A stretch of 64,000 bases of DNA from Bacteroidaceae bacterium (GTDB lineage Bacteria > Bacteroidota > Bacteroidia > Bacteroidales > Bacteroidaceae): contig JAFXXQ010000019.1 of the NCBI GenBank assembly GCA_017542145.1, forward strand, positions 4,669 to 68,668. Reading direction: 5' to 3'. Made by a program: the position numbers and the translations under genes. The notes under the pieces are model-generated. The model searched no databases. It was not told where the DNA came from and worked only from the letters and a program-made list of their open reading frames with translations. Below are positions 36,756-46,021 of the stretch, in pieces (position 1 is the first letter of the stretch; the number at the start of each line of letters is the position of its first letter).

Positions 36756-36885
36756 AATGGCACAGCATCAAAAATCTTTTTACAAAAACAGTTGGTTGTT
36801 AAAGGATTTTGATGTACCTTTGCGGCGCCAATACGGGATATTGGCATATTCAAATCATTTATTAATTTAAAAAACAACAAAGTAA

Positions 36886-37452
36886 ATGGCAACAAGAATC
36901 AGATTACAGAGAAGAGGAAAGAAGGGTTATGCTTTCTATTCCATCGTAATCGCTGACTCAAGAGCTCCACGAGATGGACGATTTATTGAAAAGATCGGTA
37001 CGTACAACCCCAACACCGATCCCGCCACAGTAGATTTGAATTTCGACAGAGCATTGTATTGGGTGAACGTTGGCGCTCAGCCGACCGACACAGTGCGTAA
37101 CCTCCTTTCCCGCGAAGGTGTCTATCTGATGAAGCACCTACAGGGTGGTATCAAGAAGGGTGCCTTCGACGAGGCTGCTGCAAAGGCTAAGTTTGACGCT
37201 TGGAAGCAGAGCAAGGAAAGCGCCCTGAAGGCCATCGTCGTGAAGGGTGAGCAGGCTAAGCGCGATGCTTACAAGGCTGCTATCGAGGCAGAGAAGAAGG
37301 TCAACGAGACCATCGCTGCCAAGGTGGCAGAGAAGAAGGCTGCAGCTGCCTTGAAGGCTGCTGAGGAAGCAGCTGCCAAGGCTGCCGAAGAGGCTGCTGC
37401 AAATGCAGAGGCCGCTCCCGCTGCTGAAACCGAGGCTCCCGCCGAGGCATAA
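36886..37452 (+). CDS. rpsP: 30S ribosomal protein S16 (long form with Ala/Lys/Glu-rich tail)
   Basis: [42 protein letters not shown]. TAccTTTG box at 36815-36822. Confidence 0.95.
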   Translation: MATRIRLQRRGKKGYAFYSIVIADSRAPRDGRFIEKIGTYNPNTDPATVDLNFDRALYWVNVGAQPTDTVRNLLSREGVYLMKHLQGGIKKGAFDEAAAKAKFDAWKQSKESALKAIVVKGEQAKRDAYKAAIEAEKKVNETIAAKVAEKKAAAALKAAEEAAAKAAEEAAANAEAAPAAETEAPAEA

Positions 37453-37469
37453 ACGTAGCCCAAAAGGAA

Positions 37470-37504
37470 AAAAAAGGCGGCTTTGAAAAAGGCTGCCTTT
37501 TTTA
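37470..37504 (+). terminator. probable terminator of rpsP
   Basis: aaaaaaggcggc-tttgaaaaa-ggctgccttttttag (imperfect stem, then a T-run). Confidence 0.5.
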
Positions 37505-37534
37505 GTGCTTACTAAATCGAAAAAAAATGTTTTT

Positions 37535-37636
37535 AATGAAAAATGAAAAATGAAAAATAAAATGTTCTGTATGCAGCGTTCCCTTTCCTCTGTCGGCGTT
37601 TCCGTTGTCAGGGCTATTTATTCTTCATTTTTCATT
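37535..37636. repeat. inverted-repeat element with AATGAAA-heptamer arms (P1)
   Basis: Left arm aatgaaaaatgaaaaatgaaaaataaa, right arm tttattcttcatttttcatt. 24 nt (37613-37636) are an exact reverse-complement match to 61129-61152. Confidence 0.75.
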
Positions 37637-37669
37637 AAAAAATTCCTAATTCCTATTTTTTAATTTAAA

Positions 37670-38467
37670 GTGAACTATGAACTAAAAAAGTGGCTTATCG
37701 TTGTCCTCTTCCTGCTGACTGTCGCATGGTTCTTCATTCCCATTGGAGCACCAGCAGAAAAGAGTCAGCTGTTCTCCTTGCGCTTGGCGCTGCCTGCGGC
37801 TGTGCTGGCATTGGGCGGCATCGGTTTGCTACCATGGCTGATGACAGTAGGTTTCTTTTTCTGCGCTGTGGGTGACACAATGGGTGTGCTCGGCAGTTTC
37901 GAAGGCCAGATGGGCGGCTTTGCCGTAGCCCACATCTGCTTCATTTTCTGGCTGGTGAAAGAAATAAAAAGGACGAGAAAGGGAACGGACAAAGTAGCGA
38001 GAGCAGAGCGATGCTTGCATCAGCTATGCCGAGTCGCAACGGACGAAGAACGTAGTTCAACGACACCACAGGGCTCTGCCCTCTATGCTTCTCCTTATAT
38101 ATATATTACCCCGCTCTGCATTGCACCGCTTTTCTTCGCTGCCGTGCGCATCATCCCTGCCATCCACGATATGCCCATCCGCGTGGGCTGCGTCATCTAT
38201 GCCCTACTCCTCACGGGCACCATGTGGACAGCGTGGCTGCGGATGGCATCATCAGCATACCCAAGCAAAGGTAACGCCAATGGATGGGCGCTGCTGACGG
38301 CGCTGGGTGCTACGCTGTTCCTTGTCTCTGACTTTGTGCTCGCGTGGAACAAATTCGTGGCATCCATTCCGAATAGCCGTATCTTTATCATGAGTACCTA
38401 TTACGCCGCTTTACTACTACTTTTTATGGGCGGAGCATACAAAAACAAGAAAAAATCACATTTTTGA
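37670..38467 (+). CDS. YhhN-family (lysoplasmalogenase-like) membrane protein with an internal hydrophilic insertion
   Basis: Polytopic membrane protein (GFFFCAVGDTMG, FLVSDFVLAWNKF). The only in-frame start is GTG 37670, which lies inside a GAACTATGAACTA word repeat. Confidence 0.55.
   Translation: MNYELKKWLIVVLFLLTVAWFFIPIGAPAEKSQLFSLRLALPAAVLALGGIGLLPWLMTVGFFFCAVGDTMGVLGSFEGQMGGFAVAHICFIFWLVKEIKRTRKGTDKVARAERCLHQLCRVATDEERSSTTPQGSALYASPYIYITPLCIAPLFFAAVRIIPAIHDMPIRVGCVIYALLLTGTMWTAWLRMASSAYPSKGNANGWALLTALGATLFLVSDFVLAWNKFVASIPNSRIFIMSTYYAALLLLFMGGAYKNKKKSHF
37982..38062 (+). repeat. copy X of the TGCCGAGTCG...GACGAAGA repeat family, in-frame inside the YhhN CDS
   Basis: ggaacggac...agcgagagcagag-GATGCttGCATC-agctaTGCCGAGTCGCaacGGACGAAGAacgtagttcaacg. 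Confidence 0.7.
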
Positions 38468-38487
38468 ACAAAAAAGTTACAAAATAT

Positions 38488-38518
38488 TTTGTCAGTTCAA
38501 AAAACACCTATATCTTTG
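38488..38518 (+). promoter_or_regulatory. candidate promoter of the trp leader/trpB2 operon
   Basis: TTTG (38488-38491), 19 nt, TAtcTTTG (38511-38518). Confidence 0.55.
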
Positions 38519-38541
38519 CAGCGAAATTCAAACAGAAACCA

Positions 38542-38595
38542 ATGAAGTCCTATCTGAATAACAAGTTCTGGTGGTGGTGCCCGATGACGAATTGA
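38542..38595 (+). CDS. trp leader peptide MKSYLNNKFWWWCPMTN
   Basis: 17-codon ORF with three consecutive TGG codons (38569-38577), between the promoter and a terminator hairpin. Confidence 0.65.
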   Translation: MKSYLNNKFWWWCPMTN

Positions 38596-38646
38596 GCACG
38601 GAACTTCTTATTCTAATAGATTACGTAAAAAAGAAAACAAGATAAC

Positions 38647-38677
38647 GTCCGTTGCTCATGCAGCGGACTTCTTTTTT
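38647..38677 (+). terminator. attenuator terminator
   Basis: GTCCGTTGC-tcat-GCAGCGGAC (9 bp, one G-U) followed by TTCTTTTTT, 66 nt upstream of the trpB2 ATG. Confidence 0.6.
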
Positions 38678-38743
38678 AACATGGCGGAAGTGGTTATGCG
38701 TGAGACGGAAAAAAATTTCAAAAACCAATTAATAACAACAACA

Positions 38744-40108
38744 ATGAAACAGAAGAGATTCATCCTTCAGGAATCCGAGATTCCAAAGAAATGGTACAAC
38801 ATCCAGGCCGAGATGCCCAACAAGCCGATGCCCATGCTGGCACCGAACGGCCAGCCGGTAACAGTCGACGACCTCTGCCACGTCTTCTCACGTGGTGCAT
38901 CGGAGCAGGAGCTCAACACCACCGATGCCTGGATTGATATCCCCGAGGAGGTACGCCAGTTCTACGCCTACTATCGTTGTACGCCGCTCGTCCGCGCCTA
39001 CGGTCTTGAGGAGGCGCTGGGTACGCCCGCTCACATCTACTTCAAGAACGAGAGCGTCAACCCGCTGGGCTCGCACAAAATCAACTCGGCCCTGCCGCAG
39101 ATGTACTTCTTCAAGAAGGAAGGCATCACCAACGTCACCACCGAGACGGGTGCGGGACAATGGGGTGCCGCCCTGAGCTATGCTGCCAAGCTGTTCGGCA
39201 TCGAGGCTGCTGTCTATCAGGTGAAGATCAGCTACGAGCAGAAGCCCTACCGCCGCAGCATCATGCAGACCTTCGGTGCGCTCGTAACTCCCAGCCCCTC
39301 CATGTCCACCCGCGCCGGCAAAGACATCCTCACCAAGGATCCCAACCATCAGGGCTCTCTCGGCACCGCCATCAGCGAAGCCGTCGAGCTGGCTGTCACC
39401 ACGCCCAACTGCCGCTACTCGCTGGGCTCGGTGCTGAACCACGTCTCCCTGCACCAGACCGTCATCGGCCTCGAAGCCGAGAAGCAGATGGAAATGGCCG
39501 GTGAATATCCCGACGTTGTCATCGCCTGCTTCGGTGGCGGCAGTAACTTCAGCGGCATCGCCTATCCCTTCATGCGCCATAACTTCAGCGGCGAGCGCCA
39601 CACACGCTTCATTGCTGCCGAGCCGGCCAACTGCCCCAAGCTGACGCGCGGCGAGTTCCACTATGACTTCGGCGACGAGAGCGGCATGACGCCCCTCATC
39701 CCCATGTTCACGCTGGGTCACAACTTCCGCCCCGCCAACATCCACGCAGGGGGCCTGCGCTACCACGGCGCCGGTACCATCGTCAGCCAGCTGCTGAAAG
39801 ACAAGCAGCTCGAGGCCGTCGATATCGACCAGATTGAGAGCTTCGATGCCGGCACACTGTTTGCCCGCGCCGAAGGCATCATCCCCGCACCCGAGAGCAA
39901 CCACGCCATCGCTGCTACCATCCGCGAAGCCCTACGCTGCAAGGAGACGGGCGAGAAGAAGACCATTCTCTTCAACCTCTCCGGACACGGCCTCATCGAC
40001 ATGTCGGCCTACGACCAGTATCTGGCTGGCAACCTCTCCGATGCTGCCATCGACGACTCCGTCATCGCCCGCAACCTCAAGGAGATTCACGAGCAGATTA
40101 AATTCTGA
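38744..40108 (+). CDS. trpB: TrpB2-type tryptophan synthase beta-like PLP enzyme
   Basis: 454 aa, long TrpB2-style N-terminus (MKQKRFILQESEIPKKWYN), PLP-lysine context NPLGSHKINSAL. Start at ATG 38744. Confidence 0.85.
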   Translation: MKQKRFILQESEIPKKWYNIQAEMPNKPMPMLAPNGQPVTVDDLCHVFSRGASEQELNTTDAWIDIPEEVRQFYAYYRCTPLVRAYGLEEALGTPAHIYFKNESVNPLGSHKINSALPQMYFFKKEGITNVTTETGAGQWGAALSYAAKLFGIEAAVYQVKISYEQKPYRRSIMQTFGALVTPSPSMSTRAGKDILTKDPNHQGSLGTAISEAVELAVTTPNCRYSLGSVLNHVSLHQTVIGLEAEKQMEMAGEYPDVVIACFGGGSNFSGIAYPFMRHNFSGERHTRFIAAEPANCPKLTRGEFHYDFGDESGMTPLIPMFTLGHNFRPANIHAGGLRYHGAGTIVSQLLKDKQLEAVDIDQIESFDAGTLFARAEGIIPAPESNHAIAATIREALRCKETGEKKTILFNLSGHGLIDMSAYDQYLAGNLSDAAIDDSVIARNLKEIHEQIKF

Positions 40109-40144
40109 ATAAACGAATAATAAATTGTTAAACATTAAGTGATA

Positions 40145-41050
40145 ATGACTGGCAAAACCATTCTTGATACTATTGGCAACACCCCTATGGTGCGCATCAA
40201 CAGACTATGCCCCAATCCTAATGTAAACATCTATGCCAAACTCGAAGGCTTCAACCCGACGGGTAGTATCAAGGACCGAATTGCCTTTGCCATGGTGGAG
40301 CAGGCCGAACAAAACGGCCTGCTCACCCCAGGCAAAACCATCATCGAACCCACATCGGGCAACACCGGTATCGGCCTCGCCATTGTGGGTATTGTCAAGG
40401 GCTACCCCGTGGAGATCGTGATGAGCGAAGCCGTCTCTGTCGAACGACGCAAAATCATCCGCTCCTTTGGTGCCAAAGTCATCCTCACTCCTGCCGAGCA
40501 GGGCACGGACGGCGCTATCCGCCTCGCCCGCAAGCTCGTCAGCGAGAACCCCGGCAAGTACTACATGCCTGACCAGTTCAGCAATGCCGGCAATTACATG
40601 GCCCATTACAAAAACACCGCCATTGAAATCTGGCAACAGACCGAAGGCCGCATTGACTACCTTGTGGGCGCTGTGGGTACCAGTGGCACCCTCATGGGGC
40701 TCACCCGCTTCCTACGCAACATGAACCCCGATATCCGTATTGTCTGCGCACACCCCGTCCGCGGACATTACATTCAGGGACTGAAGAACATGCAGGAGGC
40801 TATTGTACCTGAGATTTATGATCCCTCCCTTATTGACTCGCAAGAGATGATTGAGAGCGAAGAGGCTATTGAGATGGCGCGCCGCATCATTCGCGAAGAG
40901 GGCATCTTTGCCGGCATGAGCAGCGGAGCCGCTATGCTTGCTGCCGTCCGTACAGCTGAAAAGATTGAGCGTGGGAACATCGTCGTCGTATTCCCTGACC
41001 GTGCTGAGAAATACCTCAGCACCACGATGTTCGACCCCTTCGCCGACTAA
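40145..41050 (+). CDS. cysteine synthase family (CysK/CysM/O-phosphoserine sulfhydrylase-like) PLP enzyme
   Basis: NPTGSIKDRIA (PLP Lys), TSGNTGIG loop, GTSGTLMG. Confidence 0.8.
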   Translation: MTGKTILDTIGNTPMVRINRLCPNPNVNIYAKLEGFNPTGSIKDRIAFAMVEQAEQNGLLTPGKTIIEPTSGNTGIGLAIVGIVKGYPVEIVMSEAVSVERRKIIRSFGAKVILTPAEQGTDGAIRLARKLVSENPGKYYMPDQFSNAGNYMAHYKNTAIEIWQQTEGRIDYLVGAVGTSGTLMGLTRFLRNMNPDIRIVCAHPVRGHYIQGLKNMQEAIVPEIYDPSLIDSQEMIESEEAIEMARRIIREEGIFAGMSSGAAMLAAVRTAEKIERGNIVVVFPDRAEKYLSTTMFDPFAD

Positions 41051-43473
41051 GACTTCATTCTTATTTTGTAGGTGCGGATGCCGAAACGAGGCATCTGCAC
41101 TATTAGTTTGCCATTTTGTAACTCAGCGTTCTCCCCATCCATCGGCTTTCCGAGCAGATCAACCACTTCAACTTCCTGCACAGGCAGATTCAAGGGAATA
41201 GCATGAATTTGGCCATCGCCGTCGGCATTGAAGATACGCAGAAGCACACAGCCCTCGGCATCCACAGTGAAAGCGCTGAGCTGGTAGCCTGTACCATCGA
41301 GCGACAACAGATTTTGCTCCGTAGCCGATACGGCAGGAGCACAAACGAGCGGATGGTTCCAACGCTCGTTGCAGTCGCTCACACCTGCCTCATCCCAACG
41401 CCCGCTGTGAGGCATAAGGGCATAATGAATCTGCGTCTTGCCCGTAATCCTATGGTCACGCCCCCAAAGTCCAGGGCCGGAATACTGTACGGTGAGGGCC
41501 AACGGATAGTCCTTGGCAAATGAGTAAGAGGTGGTATGGTCGGCAAACAAAGCCAAACCCGACTGCCCGTCGTATGTATCAACCCACGAATGGATAATGT
41601 TGTGACGGATATCCGTCCAACGTTCGAAAAACGTGCTGTCGAGCCGACTTTCACAAACGTCGAAGGGGGCGTTCTTCCAAAGCCGTGCAGCTTTCTGCGT
41701 AGCGGGAAAGAGCACGTTAAGCATGTACTTCGTGTTATAGAACGGAGCCGTCGGGTCGTCTTTTTTCCGTCTGTAATGATTACCAATACGGGTATTTTGC
41801 TTCCAGTCAATGAGCAAATCGACATCAATCATCGGCTCATCTTTCTTCAACGTATAGGTCTGCACGAAAGGAACGTCTGCAATCTTTCCGCTGACAGCAA
41901 CTCGCTGTACATAAACATTGTCTTTCAGCACATCCAGCTCTACTTTATCCTCAGTCGAAGAACAGAAACGTTTGTACTTATCGAAGTAGCCCCGCAGTTC
42001 GCCAAAGCCATACGAGTTGTGCTCATCCACCAGCTCTCGTTGCTGTTTTTTGTCGTAAAGCGAGACGATGACGCCTCCGCGCTGCAAGTCGAAAACCAAA
42101 CGATAACTCTCATTCTCCAACGTGGCTTTGTCCTTTTTTTTTGTCACATGAGGCTTTGATTCGGAGGGTACAGAAGCATCTGCAAAAGCATAGCCAAATG
42201 CCGGTACGCTAATGGGGACATCTACCACGCTTCCATCGGCTTTCTTAACAGACACTATTTCTTTCCGTGTTTTCCCCGTTGTGTTGTAAAAAGCTATTCC
42301 CGCTGTATTGTTTTTTTGACCCATCGCCCCAATTTTTTCAGCACGATGGCAAGTTTCATCCGTCCACAATGCGATGTTATCGGCCCAGGTTCCATGTTTA
42401 TTCAGTCGATTGTAAGGAACAATCCATGAGTCGTGGTGCTGCGCCAGCATCAACGTGCGCCAAGCCTCATCGATTTCCGTCTGATCAGGACGTACTCCTG
42501 TCAGAAGGTAATTCATCGTAGAAAGGCACTCGGCATCCAGCAATTGGTTTTCAGCCTGCCGTACCTGCTGCCCGATATGCTGCATCACCTGCGAGCCCCA
42601 CACAAGCGCCACCAGCACGCCCTCCTGCGTCATCCGGTAATCAGTTGTTTCTGCCTTATCGGCGATGTTTTCTATATAATCCGTCCAGAGTACATACTGA
42701 GAAAGCGTGTCACGCCCAAGCCACGGACCATTCTTCCATCCAGCATCCTGATAACACATGCCGACAGGATGAGGGATGCCAGCTATACGTGTAGCCCGCA
42801 GGAATTCACGGGAGTTTTTCCACGCAATGGTCTGCCATACGGTACCCTCCTGCAAGGTCTCACAAGCATACCGCGGCACAGAAAGCAGGGAGGTTCCATC
42901 GGGTCCGATCCAGTTAACCAATTCTCCGCCGAAGGCTTCCGTATAGCCTCCCCAGCAGGTGTCGGGACACTTCAACACGGCATGACGGAAACCCAGTTGT
43001 GATAAGATCTGCGGCAAACAACTAGTGAAGCAAGGCTCTTCAACGCTGTAGGTAGTAAAAGCCATTGTAGGGAAGTGCTCCCACATCTTGCGCATACCGT
43101 ACTGAAACTGTCGGATGATGCTTTCACCATGCACGGGATATAAATAGGATTGCGCATACGAGGGATTGGTGTATTCCACTTGCGGTCCTACGACAACCTG
43201 TTGCCAACGAGCGTAGGCCTCTGGCGTATGCACTTTCACCGAGTCCCACGTCTCAGGCTCTATTTCCAGCCCAATCCGCCACTTAGGATGCTGCTGCAAC
43301 TGATCCATCATAAACTGCGTGTACCACTCCAACGGATAATGTCCATACACCCCACCGTGATAGCCATCAGCAAAAAAAGCTTTCTGACGAGGTTGTGCTT
43401 CAGATGACAACGTTCCGAAGGCCATCAGCAGCCATAGAAGAAGGTTTTTTCCGAGAATTCGTAGGAGTTGCAT
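41047..43473 (-). CDS. GH38-like (alpha-mannosidase-type) glycoside hydrolase
   Basis: Signal peptide; N-terminal FADGYHGGVYGH; C-terminal IHYALMPHSGRWDEAGV...WNHPLV resembles GH38 C-terminal domains. Family call is tentative. Confidence 0.55.
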   Translation of the reverse strand: MQLLRILGKNLLLWLLMAFGTLSSEAQPRQKAFFADGYHGGVYGHYPLEWYTQFMMDQLQQHPKWRIGLEIEPETWDSVKVHTPEAYARWQQVVVGPQVEYTNPSYAQSYLYPVHGESIIRQFQYGMRKMWEHFPTMAFTTYSVEEPCFTSCLPQILSQLGFRHAVLKCPDTCWGGYTEAFGGELVNWIGPDGTSLLSVPRYACETLQEGTVWQTIAWKNSREFLRATRIAGIPHPVGMCYQDAGWKNGPWLGRDTLSQYVLWTDYIENIADKAETTDYRMTQEGVLVALVWGSQVMQHIGQQVRQAENQLLDAECLSTMNYLLTGVRPDQTEIDEAWRTLMLAQHHDSWIVPYNRLNKHGTWADNIALWTDETCHRAEKIGAMGQKNNTAGIAFYNTTGKTRKEIVSVKKADGSVVDVPISVPAFGYAFADASVPSESKPHVTKKKDKATLENESYRLVFDLQRGGVIVSLYDKKQQRELVDEHNSYGFGELRGYFDKYKRFCSSTEDKVELDVLKDNVYVQRVAVSGKIADVPFVQTYTLKKDEPMIDVDLLIDWKQNTRIGNHYRRKKDDPTAPFYNTKYMLNVLFPATQKAARLWKNAPFDVCESRLDSTFFERWTDIRHNIIHSWVDTYDGQSGLALFADHTTSYSFAKDYPLALTVQYSGPGLWGRDHRITGKTQIHYALMPHSGRWDEAGVSDCNERWNHPLVCAPAVSATEQNLLSLDGTGYQLSAFTVDAEGCVLLRIFNADGDGQIHAIPLNLPVQEVEVVDLLGKPMDGENAELQNGKLIVQMPRFGIRTYKIRMKS

Positions 43474-43528
43474 AGCTTTCGACTTTTAATATTACGCTGC
43501 AAAAATACTAAAATACTACATTCATCAC

Positions 43529-43559
43529 TTTGATTTAATAAAAAAATATCATATCTTTG
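43529..43559 (+). promoter_or_regulatory. candidate promoter of the GH31 gene
   Basis: TTTG (43529-43532), 19 nt, TAtcTTTG (43552-43559), 32 nt upstream of the ATG. Confidence 0.55.
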
Positions 43560-43591
43560 CAAGCAATAAAACCTAATATAACAAAAAAGAC

Positions 43592-45946
43592 ATGAAAAAA
43601 AGATTCTTTTTTATGACGGCTCTATTGGCACTGCTTGCATCGACAATCTGCATGGCACAGGATGTGAAGGTAGAGTTCTTCACGCCCAGTATAGTACACA
43701 TTGTGAAGGGACAGCCCACGAAGACGCTCGTGATTTCCGCCAAACCTCAGGACGTGACAGTAAAACAGACGGGAAGCACATGGAAGAGCAGCGAGTTAAC
43801 TGTTAAACAGGACTCAAAGGGAAATCTGACCTTCCTGACTGCTAAAGGAATAGTACTACTGAAGGAAAAAGGCTGCGTTGTCAATGAAGCCCTTCAGTCT
43901 TTCGTTTTGGACAAAGACGAAGCTATCTACGGACTGGGAACCATACAAAACGGGAAAATGAATCGTCGTGGTGAACGAAAACGTATGGAACAGTCGAACC
44001 TCGAGGATTTCCAAAACGTCCTGCAGAGTATCAAGGGATGGGGACTCTATTGGGAGAACTACTCACCCACTCTTTTTGAAGACAATGCCGACGGCATGAC
44101 CTTCGACTCGGAGGTTGGCGAAGGCATCGACTACTACTTTATGTATGGAGGGTCGGCCGACGGCGTCATCGCACAAATGCGCTATCTAAGTGGCGATGTG
44201 CCCATGTTCCCGCTGTGGACATTCGGATACTGGCAGTCGAAGGAGCGCTATAAGACGGCCCGTGAAACCGAAGGCATCGTCGACCAATACCGCGCGCTGG
44301 AAGTGCCCCTCGACGGTATCATCCAGGACTGGCAATACTGGGGCTCGAACTACCTCTGGAACGCCATGGACTTCCTGGCCGAGGAATTCAACAACGGCAA
44401 GCAGATGATTGACAACGTGCACAAGAAACACGCCCACTTCATGATCAGCATCTGGGCGAGCTTCGGCCCCATGACGCAGCAGTTCCGCGAGCTCAACGAG
44501 AAAGGACTGCTGTTGCCCATCGAGACATGGCCTCAAAGCGGACTTTCGCACATCTGGCCTCCGAGGATGGACTATCCGTCGGGCGTGAAGGTTTACGACG
44601 CCTTCCACCCCGAGGCACGCGATATCTACTGGAAATACCTGAAACGGCTCTACGACTACGGTACCGATGCATGGTGGATGGACTCGACAGACCCCGACTT
44701 CTTCAACCCCAAGGAGAGCGACTACGACCACCCCGTCTATGGCGGCACATGGCGCTCGCAGCGCAACGCCTTCCCTTTGGAGACCGTCAGAGGCATCTAT
44801 CAGTCACAACGCAAGGACTATGGGAATTCCGAGAACGAAAAGCGCGTCTTCATCATGACGCGAAGCAGCTTCGCCGGACAGCAGCATTATGGCTCGAATA
44901 TGTGGAGCGGCGATGTGAACTCCTCGTGGGACATGCTGCGTAAGCAGGTGCCTGCAGGATTGAGTTATTCGCTGACAGGAAACCCCAACTTCAATACCGA
45001 TATCGGGGGCTTCTTCTGCGGCTCGTACAACACGCGCGGAGGCGGCTCGGCACCCAGGAACCCACAATTCCAAGAACTCTACGTGCGCTGGATGCAGTAC
45101 GCGCTCTTCTGTCCCGTTTTCCGCAGTCATGGTGCCGATGCGCCTCGCGAGATATGGCAGTTTGGCCAAAAGGGTGAGCCCGTCTACGATGCCATCGAGA
45201 AGCAAATCCGTCTGCGCTACCGACTGATACCTTATTTATATAGCATGGCTTGGCAGGTCACCAGCAACAACGACAGCTATATGCGTCCGCTGTTTGCTGA
45301 CTTCAAGGCCGACAAGAAGGTATGGGACATGACAGATGAGTTCATGTTTGGCCACAGCATTCTTGCTGCCCCCATCGTCAATCCACAATATACCGAAGAA
45401 CGCATTGTACGTACCGATGCCATGACCGGCTGGAACCGCCAGAATATGTCCGACAGCTCACCCGCCGGCGCTATTGACTTCACGGCCACGAAGACCGCCA
45501 CGAAGTACCTGCCCAAGGGTGCTGTGTGGTACGACTTCTGGACGAACAAAACCTATAAGGGAGGGCAGGACGTCACTTTTGAAACGACGCTGGACCGTGT
45601 GCCCATGTTTGTTCGTGCGGGCAGCATCCTGCCCCTCGGACCTGAGATGCAGTATGTCGGCGAGAAGGCGTGGGACGACCTCGAAATCCGCATCTACCCA
45701 GGCGCCAACGGCACCTTCACCCTCTACGAAGATGAGGGCGACACCTACAATTATGAAAAGGGACAATTCACGGAAATCCTTTTCACGTGGGATGATGCTG
45801 CCCGTCGTCTCACCATCGCCCCCCGCCAAGGCACCTTTGAGGGGATGCTCCAGACGCGCCAGTTCCGCATCGTCCTCATCGGGAAGGGCACTCCTCGCAG
45901 CCAAACAGTCACCTACACAGGACAGCAAGTGGAAGTGAAGCTTTAG
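43592..45946 (+). CDS. glycoside hydrolase family 31 (alpha-xylosidase/alpha-glucosidase type)
   Basis: Signal peptide; FGYWQSKERY, DAWWMDSTDPD, MWSGDVNSSW blocks. Confidence 0.8.
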   Translation: MKKRFFFMTALLALLASTICMAQDVKVEFFTPSIVHIVKGQPTKTLVISAKPQDVTVKQTGSTWKSSELTVKQDSKGNLTFLTAKGIVLLKEKGCVVNEALQSFVLDKDEAIYGLGTIQNGKMNRRGERKRMEQSNLEDFQNVLQSIKGWGLYWENYSPTLFEDNADGMTFDSEVGEGIDYYFMYGGSADGVIAQMRYLSGDVPMFPLWTFGYWQSKERYKTARETEGIVDQYRALEVPLDGIIQDWQYWGSNYLWNAMDFLAEEFNNGKQMIDNVHKKHAHFMISIWASFGPMTQQFRELNEKGLLLPIETWPQSGLSHIWPPRMDYPSGVKVYDAFHPEARDIYWKYLKRLYDYGTDAWWMDSTDPDFFNPKESDYDHPVYGGTWRSQRNAFPLETVRGIYQSQRKDYGNSENEKRVFIMTRSSFAGQQHYGSNMWSGDVNSSWDMLRKQVPAGLSYSLTGNPNFNTDIGGFFCGSYNTRGGGSAPRNPQFQELYVRWMQYALFCPVFRSHGADAPREIWQFGQKGEPVYDAIEKQIRLRYRLIPYLYSMAWQVTSNNDSYMRPLFADFKADKKVWDMTDEFMFGHSILAAPIVNPQYTEERIVRTDAMTGWNRQNMSDSSPAGAIDFTATKTATKYLPKGAVWYDFWTNKTYKGGQDVTFETTLDRVPMFVRAGSILPLGPEMQYVGEKAWDDLEIRIYPGANGTFTLYEDEGDTYNYEKGQFTEILFTWDDAARRLTIAPRQGTFEGMLQTRQFRIVLIGKGTPRSQTVTYTGQQVEVKL

Positions 45947-46021
45947 TTCACATCATTTTTATGATAGGCAACGACGCGGATAGAGTGACTATTCGCGTCA
46001 TTGCCTTTGCATCAGCTGGGA

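Noticed and set aside
38888-39904. 338-aa ORF antisense to trpB2
   Set aside because: Shadow ORF. The plus-strand product carries the PLP-lysine motif and full TrpB2 architecture.
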